IMG/VR virus record: IMGVR_UViG_3300044984_001537
Coordinates: 1 to 55,334 of that record
DNA: 55,334 nucleotides
Strand: one strand, 5' to 3'
Source of the DNA: a virus
Taxonomy: Duplodnaviria; Caudoviricetes
Shown one piece after another: positions 37,164 to 46,846 of the stretch; positions within the stretch are counted from its first letter, which is position 1, and every line of letters starts with the position of its first letter. The position numbers and the translations under genes were made by a program. The notes below the pieces were generated by a model that made no database searches, was not told the DNA's origin, and was given only the letters and a program-made list of their open reading frames with translations.

Positions 37164-38711
37164 ATGTTTACAGGTTCCCTTTATCCCTACCAAGAAGAAT
37201 CAGTTGAAAAGATGCTTGATCGTGGTCAGGTACTTCTTGGCCTTGTCATGGGAGCAGGCAAAACCGTTACAACTATCTCTTGTATAGAAACACTCTTAAC
37301 CAACAGAGACATTGACCGATGCCTGGTTGTTGTTCCAGCTTCGCTTAAATACCAATGGAAACGTGAAATACAAAGGTTTACAAATTCAAGAGTAACTGTT
37401 ATTGATGGTCCTGCCAAAGCGAGAGAAAAACTTTGGAAAGCATCTATTTCATCGCAGTATGTAATTGTCAATACTGAATGTTTAATCAGAGACTTGGAAT
37501 TCTTTAAACGCATCCCATGTCAAGCAATCGTAGTGGACGAAGCAACCATGCTTAAATCCCGTTCAAGTAAACGCTCTAAAATGGTAAAAAGAATATCTAA
37601 ACCAATGGTTTATAGGTATGCTCTGACCGGACAGCCAATTGAAAACCGTCCAGAAGAACTATTTTCTATCATGGAGTTTGTTGACCCAACGGTACTGGGC
37701 CCGTTTGATGCCTTTGATAGGACCTTCATAGTGCGTGATTACTATGGTAAACCAGTGCGCTACAGAAACTTAAACAACCTGCATGCTTCAATGGAAGACT
37801 GCATGATTAGAAAAACTAGAGAAGATATTGCTGACCAGCTTCCTGAAATAATCCACCAGTTAATCCCTGTACCGTTTGATACACATGGTGCAACTTTATA
37901 CCGAACCATTGCAACTGACCTTTTACACCAGCTCCAGCAAGCCATGTCTAAACACGGCGGGTCTTTTAATCTATGGAAGCACTACAACGACCCAGCTTCT
38001 AATGAAGCACAAGGACAAATAATGTCTAGATTGACAGTCCTTAGAATGCTATGTGACAACCCTCATTTGGTATCAAGATCCGCCGCAATATACGCAGACC
38101 CAAAACGTCCCAATGAAGGAAGTGCCTACGCATTTGATATTAACGCAAGAGGTTACCTTTCTAAAGCAATGGACACCCCCAAACTTAACGCGGTAGTTGA
38201 GTACATTGAAGAGGTACTTACTGCTGACCCTAAAAACAAAGTAGTCCTATTTTCCTTCTTTAAAGAAAATCTTAGATTAATTAAAGAAGCAACCTCTAAA
38301 GTAACAAAGAGTGTTTTGTTTATGGGAGGAATGTCAGCACAAGATCGTGATGATTCCAAACAACAGTTTGGCACAGACCCAGATACCCGCCTATTCCTAT
38401 CCTCCGACGCAGGTGGTTATGGTGTTGACTTACCTATGGCCAACTACCTAATTTCATATGACCTTCCATGGAGCAGTGGAAAGCTCGAACAAAGAGAAGC
38501 AAGAATTATTAGACTTTCCTCAGAATTTCCTCACGTTACTATTGCAACTTTTGTTATGCAGGGTAGTATTGAAGAACGCCAATACGAAATGCTTCAACAA
38601 AAACGGTCAATCAATGAAGCATTCGTGGATGGCAAACACCATGATGTTCGTGGTGGATTTGACATAACACTAGGAAGCCTCACGCAATTTCTGCGTGACT
38701 CACACGTATAG
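37164..38711 (+). CDS. SNF2-family helicase
   Basis: MGAGKT, VVPASL..QW..E, DEA, LTGQPIEN and QREARIIR motifs. Confidence 0.92.
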   Translation: MFTGSLYPYQEESVEKMLDRGQVLLGLVMGAGKTVTTISCIETLLTNRDIDRCLVVVPASLKYQWKREIQRFTNSRVTVIDGPAKAREKLWKASISSQYVIVNTECLIRDLEFFKRIPCQAIVVDEATMLKSRSSKRSKMVKRISKPMVYRYALTGQPIENRPEELFSIMEFVDPTVLGPFDAFDRTFIVRDYYGKPVRYRNLNNLHASMEDCMIRKTREDIADQLPEIIHQLIPVPFDTHGATLYRTIATDLLHQLQQAMSKHGGSFNLWKHYNDPASNEAQGQIMSRLTVLRMLCDNPHLVSRSAAIYADPKRPNEGSAYAFDINARGYLSKAMDTPKLNAVVEYIEEVLTADPKNKVVLFSFFKENLRLIKEATSKVTKSVLFMGGMSAQDRDDSKQQFGTDPDTRLFLSSDAGGYGVDLPMANYLISYDLPWSSGKLEQREARIIRLSSEFPHVTIATFVMQGSIEERQYEMLQQKRSINEAFVDGKHHDVRGGFDITLGSLTQFLRDSHV

Positions 38712-38718
38712 GAGCACC

Positions 38719-39147
38719 ATGAGTACTAATCCAAAGATCCATGAAGTTGACCTGGGACGAATAGTTACTGAATACGTAAACTTAAAGAGCCTTATTGACA
38801 AGTACCAAGAGCGCCTAGATCAGATTAAAAAAGAACTAAGCAGCCAAGTAGACTTCTATGGAGATGTTGATGATAAAGGACATAAGTGGCTTCCTGCAGG
38901 AGAGCATCAACTAAAAAGAGAACGTCGCGTCTCTATTAATTTGGATAACCGAACTGCAGAACAGTGGGCCAGAGCTAATAACATGTGGGAAGATGTCTCT
39001 GAAGAAGTAAGAGTGCTTAGCGAAGATAAGCTTTTAGGTAAAGTATGGGATAACCCAGAACTAAAACTTGAGCTTGATGAGCTTTATGTCAAAAAGGAAT
39101 CATGGGCATTTAAAGTCGTAGAAGGAAAGAGCTACGGAGACGAATGA
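38719..39147 (+). CDS. Hypothetical coiled-coil protein
   Basis: AGGAG RBS; N-terminal coiled coil. Confidence 0.65.
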   Translation: MSTNPKIHEVDLGRIVTEYVNLKSLIDKYQERLDQIKKELSSQVDFYGDVDDKGHKWLPAGEHQLKRERRVSINLDNRTAEQWARANNMWEDVSEEVRVLSEDKLLGKVWDNPELKLELDELYVKKESWAFKVVEGKSYGDE

Positions 39148-39584
39148 TGCCCAGAGACCCATTAGACTTCTTCAACGATCTACCTGACTATCCTGGTAAA
39201 ACTCCTCCTAAAAATAGAGAAGGTGCCAAGAAAAAAGATTCAAGACTTGAAGATAGGCTAAATGGTGCACGTGGTAAAGTTTTCCATATGTCTGGAGAAG
39301 AACGTATGTTCTTTTCTGTAGGAGAACTTGCTAAAGCATTAGATAGAAAACCAGTGACCATTAGGATGTGGGAGCAACAAGGGTGGATACCTAGAGCCAC
39401 TTTTAGAACTCCCACACCACGTGGTCAACAAATTCCTGGAAAAACTTTGAAAGGTCGTAGACTTTACAGTTTGGAGCAGGTAGAGTTTCTGATTGACGCT
39501 GTTGATCAGTTTCAAATTTCCAACCCAGCAAAGGCCAACTGGGATGGATTTAGAAAACACATAAAACAAAAATGGCCCAACTAA
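39144..39584 (+). CDS. MerR-like HTH DNA-binding protein
   Basis: FSVGELAKALDRKPVTIRMWEQQGWIP...GRRLYS. Confidence 0.85.
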   Translation: MMPRDPLDFFNDLPDYPGKTPPKNREGAKKKDSRLEDRLNGARGKVFHMSGEERMFFSVGELAKALDRKPVTIRMWEQQGWIPRATFRTPTPRGQQIPGKTLKGRRLYSLEQVEFLIDAVDQFQISNPAKANWDGFRKHIKQKWPN

Positions 39585-39604
39585 CCAAAACAAAGGAAAA
39601 AATC

Positions 39605-40297
39605 ATGAGCAGATATGACGATGACGACGAAACAGAAATCATGGAAGAAGCGGCAAAGCCAACACGTGCAAGCCGCCAAACTGATGATGACGATGACAAG
39701 CCCGCTGTGGCTACCAAAGTAATCCGTAGTGGTTGGGGTGCTGTAGAGCAAGCCAAATCAGCAGATTCCCCATATGCACAAAGATTGCGTATTTCAGAAG
39801 ATACAACAATCATCAAGTTTCTTGAAGATGAGCCATACGCTACTTACCGCCAACACTGGGTAGAGCGTACTGGTCAGAAGTCCTTTACTTGCATTGCGGA
39901 CCTAGACCCCAAAGGTTGTCCTCTTTGTGATGCAGGTAGCCGACCCTCAACACGCTTTGCGTTTAACGTAGTGTTGCTGTCTTCAGATGCTGAACCAATG
40001 CACAAGTCCTATGAAGTTGGTCCAAGAGTTATTGACCAACTTAAGAACTTCCACATTGACCCACGACAGGGACCACTTTCCAAGCACTACTGGGCGGTTA
40101 GCCGTTCAGGTAAGGGTGCAACTTCCGCAACCAATCATCAGTTGGTTAAGGAACGAGATCTTGAAGAGTGGAACATTGACGGTCTTACCGAAGATGACTT
40201 GAAGGCTTTCCGCAAAGATGCCTACACCCCTGAAATTATCCAAATCCCAACCCGCAAGGACCTTACTCAGATTGCGCTAGAAGACTTGGCAGACTGA
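39605..40297 (+). CDS. Single-stranded DNA-binding protein (gp32-like, Zn-binding)
   Basis: IIKFL...QHW...FTC...CPLC pattern; position next to the polymerase. Confidence 0.7.
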   Translation: MSRYDDDDETEIMEEAAKPTRASRQTDDDDDKPAVATKVIRSGWGAVEQAKSADSPYAQRLRISEDTTIIKFLEDEPYATYRQHWVERTGQKSFTCIADLDPKGCPLCDAGSRPSTRFAFNVVLLSSDAEPMHKSYEVGPRVIDQLKNFHIDPRQGPLSKHYWAVSRSGKGATSATNHQLVKERDLEEWNIDGLTEDDLKAFRKDAYTPEIIQIPTRKDLTQIALEDLAD

Positions 40298-40298
40298 T

Positions 40299-42386
40299 AT
40301 GAACCAGTTGAATGGTTGCATGGGGGGCTTAACGGCCCCCCATGTTGTATCCACAATAGAAGAGTTACGGGAGATTGTAGCTACAATTACTGAAGTAGGG
40401 GCGTTTGCATTTGACGTTGAAACCCGCGGTATTGTAGAACGGCATTCTGATGTTATGGCTTGGATTGACCAGGAATGGGAAACACACGCTACAACTATTA
40501 AAACAACTTCTGAAGATGTGATTGCCCGATCAAGAGAAATCCTTGTAAACAAATGGGCAAATACTCTTGCATTAGACCCAATGCGTAATGAAGTCTTTTG
40601 GCTTGGGCTTGCTACAGAGGGGCACTCATGGGCAATTCCAATGGGGCATCCCAACGGTGAAATTATCATCCCTGAAGAACGCGGTGATGGTTCTACGATT
40701 CCCCCAAGTGGTTACCGTAAACTCCTGGCTAATGGTAAGGAGTCAATGGCTAAGGGTAGGTATTATATCCCAGCAGTGTTTTCTCCTGCTCCGGAACAGC
40801 TGTCTCGAACTGAAGTTTTTAAGGAACTTGAACCCATATTCTTTGGTGATCTTGTTAAGGTTGGACATAACGTCAAATTTGACGCAAGATCTGTTCGTAA
40901 GTACTTTGACAATGAGTTACCAGAAGGTCCATTTATTGACACCATGATTGCTCAGCATATTCTGAACGAGAATCTATCAGAGTACAGTCTTGATAAGCTT
41001 ATAGCTCATAACTTTGGTGGGTTTAACCCCTACCATCAAGATGGCAAACTTGGTGCAATGATAACTTTGGTTCCTTTTTCAAAAGCAACAAAGTATGTGC
41101 ACTTAGATGCCAAATGGACCTGGCACTTATACAAGATCCTTTGGCAGAAGATTCAAAACAAAGAAGAACTATTGTCATGCTTACGCCAAGACATGGAAGT
41201 TATACGTGTCCTTATGGAAATGGAAGATACAGGTATACCTGTTGACTACAGATCTATGAAGAAATTAGGTGTTGAATTAGACAAAAACCTAAACAACCTG
41301 CTTCTAAACATGATGGACTATGCTCCCCCAGGATTCAACCCAGATAGCCCCAAGCACAAACAACAATTGTTGTTTACGAAGAAGCGGGAGGGGGGTCTTG
41401 GCCTAAAGCCCACCAAGTTTACAGAAAAGGGCTCAGCCTCAGTAGACGAAGAAGCTTTACACAACCTTGAGGCTAAGCACCCAATTGTTCCAATGCTTAT
41501 TGACTGGGCAGAAACAAAAAAGGTTAAGTCAACTTATGTTGATGGGCTTCTTACAAAGCTGAATAAAGGTTCTCTACATCCGTCATTCCACTTGCACAGA
41601 ACCGCCACTGGTCGTTTGTCCTCTAGTAACCCCAACCTACAAAACATCCCAAGAGACAGCAGTGTCCGTAGCTTGTTTGTGGCCACTCCAGGAAATGTCC
41701 TGCTAGTAGCTGACTATGACCAGATTGAGCTTCGTGTTATGTGCATGTTCTCAGGAGATAAGAAAATGAGTGAGTTCTTTCTCAATGGTGATGACATTCA
41801 TTCTGGAGCAGCTGCTCTTATCCTGGGCAAACCAGTTGAGGAAGTTACCTCAGAGGAACGGCAACTTGGAAAAGGTGTTAACTTCTTAACTGCTTATGGT
41901 GGAGGACCACAAAAACTGGCACGAACAACTGGCGTTGACGAAGAGCACGCACGGTTTGTTATTGACCAGTACTACAAACAGTTCTCAGGAATAACTAAAT
42001 GGAAGAAGTCCATTATTGACGAGGGGATAAAAATGGGGTATGTAAAAACCATCTCAGGTCGCCGCCGCAGACTACCTGACTTACGATCAGACGATTACAT
42101 GTTGCGTTCTAGAGCAGAACGTCAGGCCGTTAATGCGGTAGTTCAAGGATCAGCAGCTGATATCTGTAAGAAAGCTATGATTGATGTTTATGAAGTACTC
42201 AAAGACACAGACTCTAAGATACTTGTTCAGGTACATGACGAACTAGTAGCAATGGTTCCAGAGGACTCAGTGGACGTAATACAACCTTTATTTATAAATG
42301 CCATGGGTGATGGTAACATTATTAGTGGAATACCACTAAGAGTGTCTTGCCACTCAGCTTATAACTGGTCGGAGGCGAAAGGATGA
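40299..42386 (+). CDS. polA: Family A DNA polymerase with 3'-5' exonuclease
   Basis: FDVET, HNVKFD, TATGRLSSSNPNLQNIP, ADYDQIELR, RQLGKGVNFLTAYG and QVHDE motifs. Confidence 0.97.
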   Translation: MNQLNGCMGGLTAPHVVSTIEELREIVATITEVGAFAFDVETRGIVERHSDVMAWIDQEWETHATTIKTTSEDVIARSREILVNKWANTLALDPMRNEVFWLGLATEGHSWAIPMGHPNGEIIIPEERGDGSTIPPSGYRKLLANGKESMAKGRYYIPAVFSPAPEQLSRTEVFKELEPIFFGDLVKVGHNVKFDARSVRKYFDNELPEGPFIDTMIAQHILNENLSEYSLDKLIAHNFGGFNPYHQDGKLGAMITLVPFSKATKYVHLDAKWTWHLYKILWQKIQNKEELLSCLRQDMEVIRVLMEMEDTGIPVDYRSMKKLGVELDKNLNNLLLNMMDYAPPGFNPDSPKHKQQLLFTKKREGGLGLKPTKFTEKGSASVDEEALHNLEAKHPIVPMLIDWAETKKVKSTYVDGLLTKLNKGSLHPSFHLHRTATGRLSSSNPNLQNIPRDSSVRSLFVATPGNVLLVADYDQIELRVMCMFSGDKKMSEFFLNGDDIHSGAAALILGKPVEEVTSEERQLGKGVNFLTAYGGGPQKLARTTGVDEEHARFVIDQYYKQFSGITKWKKSIIDEGIKMGYVKTISGRRRRLPDLRSDDYMLRSRAERQAVNAVVQGSAADICKKAMIDVYEVLKDTDSKILVQVHDELVAMVPEDSVDVIQPLFINAMGDGNIISGIPLRVSCHSAYNWSEAKG

Positions 42387-42850
42387 TCATGGCTTCAAGC
42401 CCAGTAGAAGAACGTAACTTCTATCTGACTCTATCTATATTGGAGGGTCAAAAGTTAGCTCACGCCGCTGGGTTCTCTGTTCCGTCTCCGGATGTTCAAG
42501 AACACGAGATTATAGACACTATGCAAAAGTGGTTTATATTATCTAATACAGGAGTACTACATCATTTAAAAGAATGTGCTTCATGGATGATAACAGTCCT
42601 TCGAGAGAACAATGACTTTGATGAAGTAACCCTAAAAGCAACTGAAAATATTATTACATCATTTGCAGTAGCTACCATTGCGCATCTAGTAGATCAAGAT
42701 ATAATATCTATTGATGAAGCCTTAACCCCTGATCCAGCTATGACTAAAACAATGGAATCTTTAGTTGAAATGATGCTTTCAGCGGCACTAGATGATCTAG
42801 ACTATGACGAAGACGATTACGAGGAGGAGGACGAAGAAGATGAGCAGTGA
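42383..42850 (+). CDS. Hypothetical protein with highly acidic C-terminal tail
   Basis: ATGA overlap; ends DDLDYDEDDYEEEDEEDEQ. Confidence 0.7.
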   Translation: MIMASSPVEERNFYLTLSILEGQKLAHAAGFSVPSPDVQEHEIIDTMQKWFILSNTGVLHHLKECASWMITVLRENNDFDEVTLKATENIITSFAVATIAHLVDQDIISIDEALTPDPAMTKTMESLVEMMLSAALDDLDYDEDDYEEEDEEDEQ

Positions 42851-43244
42851 CTGGTGGTCAAAAAAACTAAGTGGAGAAAAACCCGTTACATCTACCAATC
42901 GTAGCTTTAACCCAGTTATACCCCCTACCTCTGGTGCTATCAGATTCCCACAACCAATAATCCCTCAACAAGGCCCTGACGAACCACAACGAGTTTTACG
43001 CCCAGATTTAGATTCACAAGCACAAATTACAATGGGTGAAGCGTTAAGACTATGGAAGGGTGGGGAAGCTGCCAAGAAACAAGGGGATGTTACTTGCCCT
43101 GAATGTGGTAGTCCTAATGTATTTACACGTAGTTCTAGAGCAGCAAGTACAAGTATTCAAGGTAAGTCACCAGCACCAAGATGTTTTGAATGTGGCTGGA
43201 ATGGTATGTATGACCAAGCTTCCCAGAGTTCCTGGGGCGTCTAA
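42840..43244 (+). CDS. Zinc-ribbon protein
   Basis: CPECGS...CFECG; GGAGG upstream. Confidence 0.75.
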   Translation: MSSDWWSKKLSGEKPVTSTNRSFNPVIPPTSGAIRFPQPIIPQQGPDEPQRVLRPDLDSQAQITMGEALRLWKGGEAAKKQGDVTCPECGSPNVFTRSSRAASTSIQGKSPAPRCFECGWNGMYDQASQSSWGV

Positions 43245-43258
43245 CAAAAAGGAAACAA

Positions 43259-44278
43259 ATGCGCATTGATGCAACACGCGAGAGTCTTGATTCAATCATC
43301 TCCGCAATCAATAAAAAGTACGGCGAAAACATAATTGTCCAAGGTAATCAAGTCAAAGAAGAAGTACCTCGTATTACTACAGGTATTCTTGCCTATGACT
43401 TAATGCTTGGAGGAGGCTGGCCAGCAAACCAGTGGTCTGAGATTATTGGGGATGAATCCTCAGGAAAGACTGCACTTGCTTACAAAACAATTGCGGCTAA
43501 CCAAGCACTAGATCCCGAGTGGGTAGCTATGTGGATTGCTGCTGAAGAGTTTGTACCGGATTATGCCAAAGCAATTGGTGTAGACCTTGACCGCCTTTGG
43601 GTGGTTGAAACCAACATCATGGAACAAGTTTATGATTTGATTATTCGTGCAATGGAAAACCGCGCGGTTGACTGCATCATCCTTGACTCCTTACCTGCAC
43701 TAGTACCAGGTGATGAGGCCGAAAAGATGATGGATGAGTTCACAATGGGCTTAGGTGCACGTCTTACAGGTAAGTTCTTCCGTAAAAGTAGCAAGGCACA
43801 GAAACGCTCAATGGTTGTAGAAGACCGTGGTTGTACAGGATTGATCATCAACCAATGGCGTGAAAAGATTGGTGTCATGTATGGTGACCCACGAACTACC
43901 CCAGGTGGTAAGGCCAAGAACTTCCACTATTTTGCCAGAGTAGAAGTTAAGCGTGACGAGTGGATTAAGGAAAAGGACGAACCAGTAGGTCAGACTATTC
44001 GTGCTCGCACCATGAAGAATAAAACATATCGCCCACAACAGGTTGCCGTCGTAGATTTCTACTTTTCAGAAGCAAACGGTTTTAAACTTGGGGAATTTGA
44101 CACAATAAAAGATATTGTTAACATCTGTATTTCGGTAGAAATCATTACACGAGGTGGGGCTTACTACAACTACAATGGTCAGAAATGGCAAGGTAAAGAA
44201 GCATTGCTTAATGCTGTGCGTGAAGACCTAGATATGCAAGCAGAACTACGACAGAAAGCTACGGAGTATTTCCTATGA
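43259..44278 (+). CDS. recA: RecA/UvsX recombinase
   Basis: GDESSGKT, IILDS, INQWREKIGVMYGDPRTTPGGKA and KNK motifs. Confidence 0.96.
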   Translation: MRIDATRESLDSIISAINKKYGENIIVQGNQVKEEVPRITTGILAYDLMLGGGWPANQWSEIIGDESSGKTALAYKTIAANQALDPEWVAMWIAAEEFVPDYAKAIGVDLDRLWVVETNIMEQVYDLIIRAMENRAVDCIILDSLPALVPGDEAEKMMDEFTMGLGARLTGKFFRKSSKAQKRSMVVEDRGCTGLIINQWREKIGVMYGDPRTTPGGKAKNFHYFARVEVKRDEWIKEKDEPVGQTIRARTMKNKTYRPQQVAVVDFYFSEANGFKLGEFDTIKDIVNICISVEIITRGGAYYNYNGQKWQGKEALLNAVREDLDMQAELRQKATEYFL

Positions 44279-44601
44279 TGTTTGGTAGAGAAGAAAAGCG
44301 TTCAATAATGAAAGCTTCTAAGAAGCAAGAGAACCGTTCTGCAAAGATTTACAATGGAAGTCGTAATGCAGGATCAGGCTCTGGTTGGATGCGCAAGAAT
44401 GATGTGCGTACTCACGAAATGCTTATTGAAAACAAACTTACAAATAATGTTAAATCATATTCAGTTAAATCCCAAGAACTGGTAGAGTTAACACAACGTG
44501 CAGTACTAGAAGACAGACTGCCCGTCCTACAGTTTGACTTAGGTGGTCGGCACTATGTAGTTTTAAACGAAGCTGATTTCCAAATGCTTATTGGAGAGTA
44601 A
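44275..44601 (+). CDS. PD-(D/E)xK nuclease, resolvase-like
   Basis: QE...NAGSGSG..KNDV...LIENK pattern. Confidence 0.7.
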   Translation: MMFGREEKRSIMKASKKQENRSAKIYNGSRNAGSGSGWMRKNDVRTHEMLIENKLTNNVKSYSVKSQELVELTQRAVLEDRLPVLQFDLGGRHYVVLNEADFQMLIGE

Positions 44602-44777
44602 TGAACAGGTTTGAGTACTGGAGTTTAATAGAAGATATGTCATCTGAAGAAATTGAAAAACCAGACTGGCAAATTATTGCCAAAAACCTGTATAGTATTA
44701 TTCAGCAAGGTACCAAGATGCCTGTGCATATAGGTTTACAATACATAGAAGACTACCTTAAGGCAACCCGTGACTAA
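44601..44777 (+). CDS. 58-aa hypothetical protein (not in ORF track)
   Basis: TAATG coupling and GGAG RBS; MNRFEYWSLIEDM...ATRD*. Confidence 0.6.
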   Translation: MNRFEYWSLIEDMSSEEIEKPDWQIIAKNLYSIIQQGTKMPVHIGLQYIEDYLKATRD

Positions 44778-44910
44778 CACACCCAATGAAACTGAAAAGC
44801 TACGTAGCGATTGCGCACACCTAGCAAGAATTATTGCATCAATGTACAACTGGAAAAACAAAAGCGTTGAAGATATCATCGCCGCTTTTCCAAAGGAAAC
44901 AAATGACTGA
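44770..44910 (+). CDS. 46-aa hypothetical protein (not in ORF track)
   Basis: GTG start overlapping the previous gene; stop overlaps the next gene's start. Confidence 0.45.
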   Translation: MTNTPNETEKLRSDCAHLARIIASMYNWKNKSVEDIIAAFPKETND

Positions 44911-45772
44911 TACCCCGTGGTACACAAAGAACTACAAAGACCTAGCCAAAGTTAAGGGAAGAATCCTCCCAGCAATTCAAACTCAAGTGGCTCTTAATAG
45001 TAAAGAGCGCAATAGCACTAGAGACACAGAACACTTACACCCCTCAGAATTATCTAAAAAAGACTGGTGTGCTAGAGCCGCATGGTATAAAATTAAACAA
45101 CACCCTGCGGCAGATGAATCACTAGCTTTTAGCCGCCTTAATATATTTGAGGAGGGCCATGCGATACATGCAAAATGGCAAAAGTGGATTCAGCAAGCTG
45201 GCATTCTTGGTGGCACCTGGGAATGCGAGGCTTGCCATGAACGTTGGGAAGGCGTTTCTCCTAAGTGTTGTCCTGTGTGTTCTAGTGATGCCTTTCGCTA
45301 TCGGGAGGTACCTGTACGTAACGATGCACACAGAATACTCGGTCACGCGGATGGAGAAGTGGTGGATGCGGATGGTAGAGCCCTTATTGAGATAAAAAGC
45401 GTAGGGTTAGGAACTGTTAGATGGGATCACCCAACTCTCTTTAAAGCCTACTCAAGTGGAGAACTTACTCTTGATGGACTTTGGAAGAACATTAAAAAGC
45501 CGTTTGCTTCGCACGTTAGACAAGGCCATGTGTACATGTACTGCACAGGCCACGACAGCATTGTGTTTATCTACGAGTGGAAGCCCACACAAGAGGTAAA
45601 AGAGTTTACGGTAAATTACCAAGAAGAAATTATGCAGCCAATACTAGACAACTGTAAAACAGTTATGTACCATTTAGAGGAAGATACTCTGCCTGATACA
45701 CCAGATTGGGCTTATGACAAAAACTCTAACGGATGCAAGTTTTGTCCATATAAAAAGGAATGTTGGAAATGA
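44903..45772 (+). CDS. Cas4/RecB-like exonuclease
   Basis: HPSEL...C, GH.IH, GHADG...IEIKS, QGHVY and C..CPY...C motifs; extra CxxC...CxxC insert; AAGGA RBS before ATG 44903. Confidence 0.88.
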   Translation: MTDTPWYTKNYKDLAKVKGRILPAIQTQVALNSKERNSTRDTEHLHPSELSKKDWCARAAWYKIKQHPAADESLAFSRLNIFEEGHAIHAKWQKWIQQAGILGGTWECEACHERWEGVSPKCCPVCSSDAFRYREVPVRNDAHRILGHADGEVVDADGRALIEIKSVGLGTVRWDHPTLFKAYSSGELTLDGLWKNIKKPFASHVRQGHVYMYCTGHDSIVFIYEWKPTQEVKEFTVNYQEEIMQPILDNCKTVMYHLEEDTLPDTPDWAYDKNSNGCKFCPYKKECWK

Positions 45773-46266
45773 GAGTAATACCTAAGGTTGAAGACGAGGG
45801 TCCAGCACTCACACGATTCAAAACTAAGTTTACGTTGCCTACGCGTCCTTCAGATTCCCCACCTGATCTTCCTAATGATTTGGATGACATGGATGATAGA
45901 GACCTTATGAATGTCTACACAGAGTTTATGGCATGGGTGTCATACCTTAAAGGCCAGCTAGTTCAAGCAGAGATTGAAGAAGACAGAGAGGGTAATCAAT
46001 GTCGGGTTACAGAAGCAAGAGTTTTAATAGAGCAATGGGGAGCAGATGCCAAGGGGGATCGCGTTACTATCGCAAAAGCAAAAAGAGATGTAGATTCCCG
46101 CGTCTTGTCCCAACAAGAGAAATACCAAGTTTCTAGAGCGTACAGAAAACTATTAGAAGCATTGTTTGATTCATGCGAACGTGGAGCACAGTTGCTTTCA
46201 CGTGAACTTAGTCGTAGAATTGGTTTACACAGTAAAGAACAACGCACATCAAGATTTGGAGCATGA
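45769..46266 (+). CDS. Coiled-coil protein, possible UvsY-like recombination mediator
   Basis: All-helical pattern; size and position near RecA and nucleases; function is inference. Confidence 0.5.
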   Translation: MRVIPKVEDEGPALTRFKTKFTLPTRPSDSPPDLPNDLDDMDDRDLMNVYTEFMAWVSYLKGQLVQAEIEEDREGNQCRVTEARVLIEQWGADAKGDRVTIAKAKRDVDSRVLSQQEKYQVSRAYRKLLEALFDSCERGAQLLSRELSRRIGLHSKEQRTSRFGA

Positions 46267-46267
46267 T

Positions 46268-46453
46268 ATGACAACGTGGGATGAACTTGGAGCTAAAGGC
46301 GCTAGAGAAGAAAATGAGCGTATGCGTCAAGCTGCAAACGCACGTGCGTCAGTTGCCCCTATTAACGGAGTTAATGAGACACTCAAAGAAATTAAAGCCC
46401 TTCTTATAGAAATTAGAAATGCAATAAAGGACACCAAGAATGTCAGCGGCTAA
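46268..46453 (+). CDS. Small hypothetical protein
   Basis: GGAG RBS before ATG 46268. Confidence 0.6.
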   Translation: MTTWDELGAKGAREENERMRQAANARASVAPINGVNETLKEIKALLIEIRNAIKDTKNVSG

Positions 46454-46802
46454 ACAAAAAGGCACTTCTTTTGAAACAGCTATACGTAGATACCTGAACG
46501 ATAAGGGTTTCCCAAAGGCTTCCCGCACAGTCTTAAAAGGTGGAGAAGACACAGGGGATATCAATGGCATCCGCAATGAGGGGCAAGAACGAGAGCTTGC
46601 TATACAATGTAAAAACCAACGTAAGTTAAGCTTAAGTGGCTGGTTAGATGCTACAGTAGAGCAAGCTGCTAGATTAGGAAAGTCAATGCCTGCCTTAGTT
46701 GTTAAACGCGCTGGTAAAGGCGAAAAAGCATTGGGTGATACATATGTTGTGATGAGGTTAGATGACTTCGTTACACTGCTACAAGAGGGCGGTTACTCGT
46801 AA
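46440..46802 (+). CDS. Holliday junction resolvase (Hjc-like PD-(D/E)xK)
   Basis: KQKGTSFE...YL...GF, DTGDI, IQCKN and LVVKR motifs. Confidence 0.85.
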   Translation: MSAAKQKGTSFETAIRRYLNDKGFPKASRTVLKGGEDTGDINGIRNEGQERELAIQCKNQRKLSLSGWLDATVEQAARLGKSMPALVVKRAGKGEKALGDTYVVMRLDDFVTLLQEGGYS

Positions 46803-46844
46803 AATTAAAGGGTTGATAATAACCCTTTAACCATATGGAGTAAC
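46792..46844 (+). promoter_or_regulatory. Nested hairpin that covers the spoVS SD and contains a -10 box
   Basis: GTTACTC (46792-46798) pairs with GAGTAAC (46838-46844); inner stem TTAAAGGGTT/AACCCTTTAA; TAAAAT at 46800-46805. Confidence 0.55.
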
Positions 46845-46846
46845 TT

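Noticed and set aside
35024-44278. Inteins or introns in DnaB, PolA, SNF2 or RecA
   Set aside because: Protein sizes are near normal, ORFs are uninterrupted, and no splice-junction or LAGLIDADG motifs were seen
44903-45772. Cas4-like gene as a sign of a CRISPR-Cas system
   Set aside because: No repeat-spacer array or other cas genes; stand-alone Cas4-like exonucleases are common in phage recombination modules
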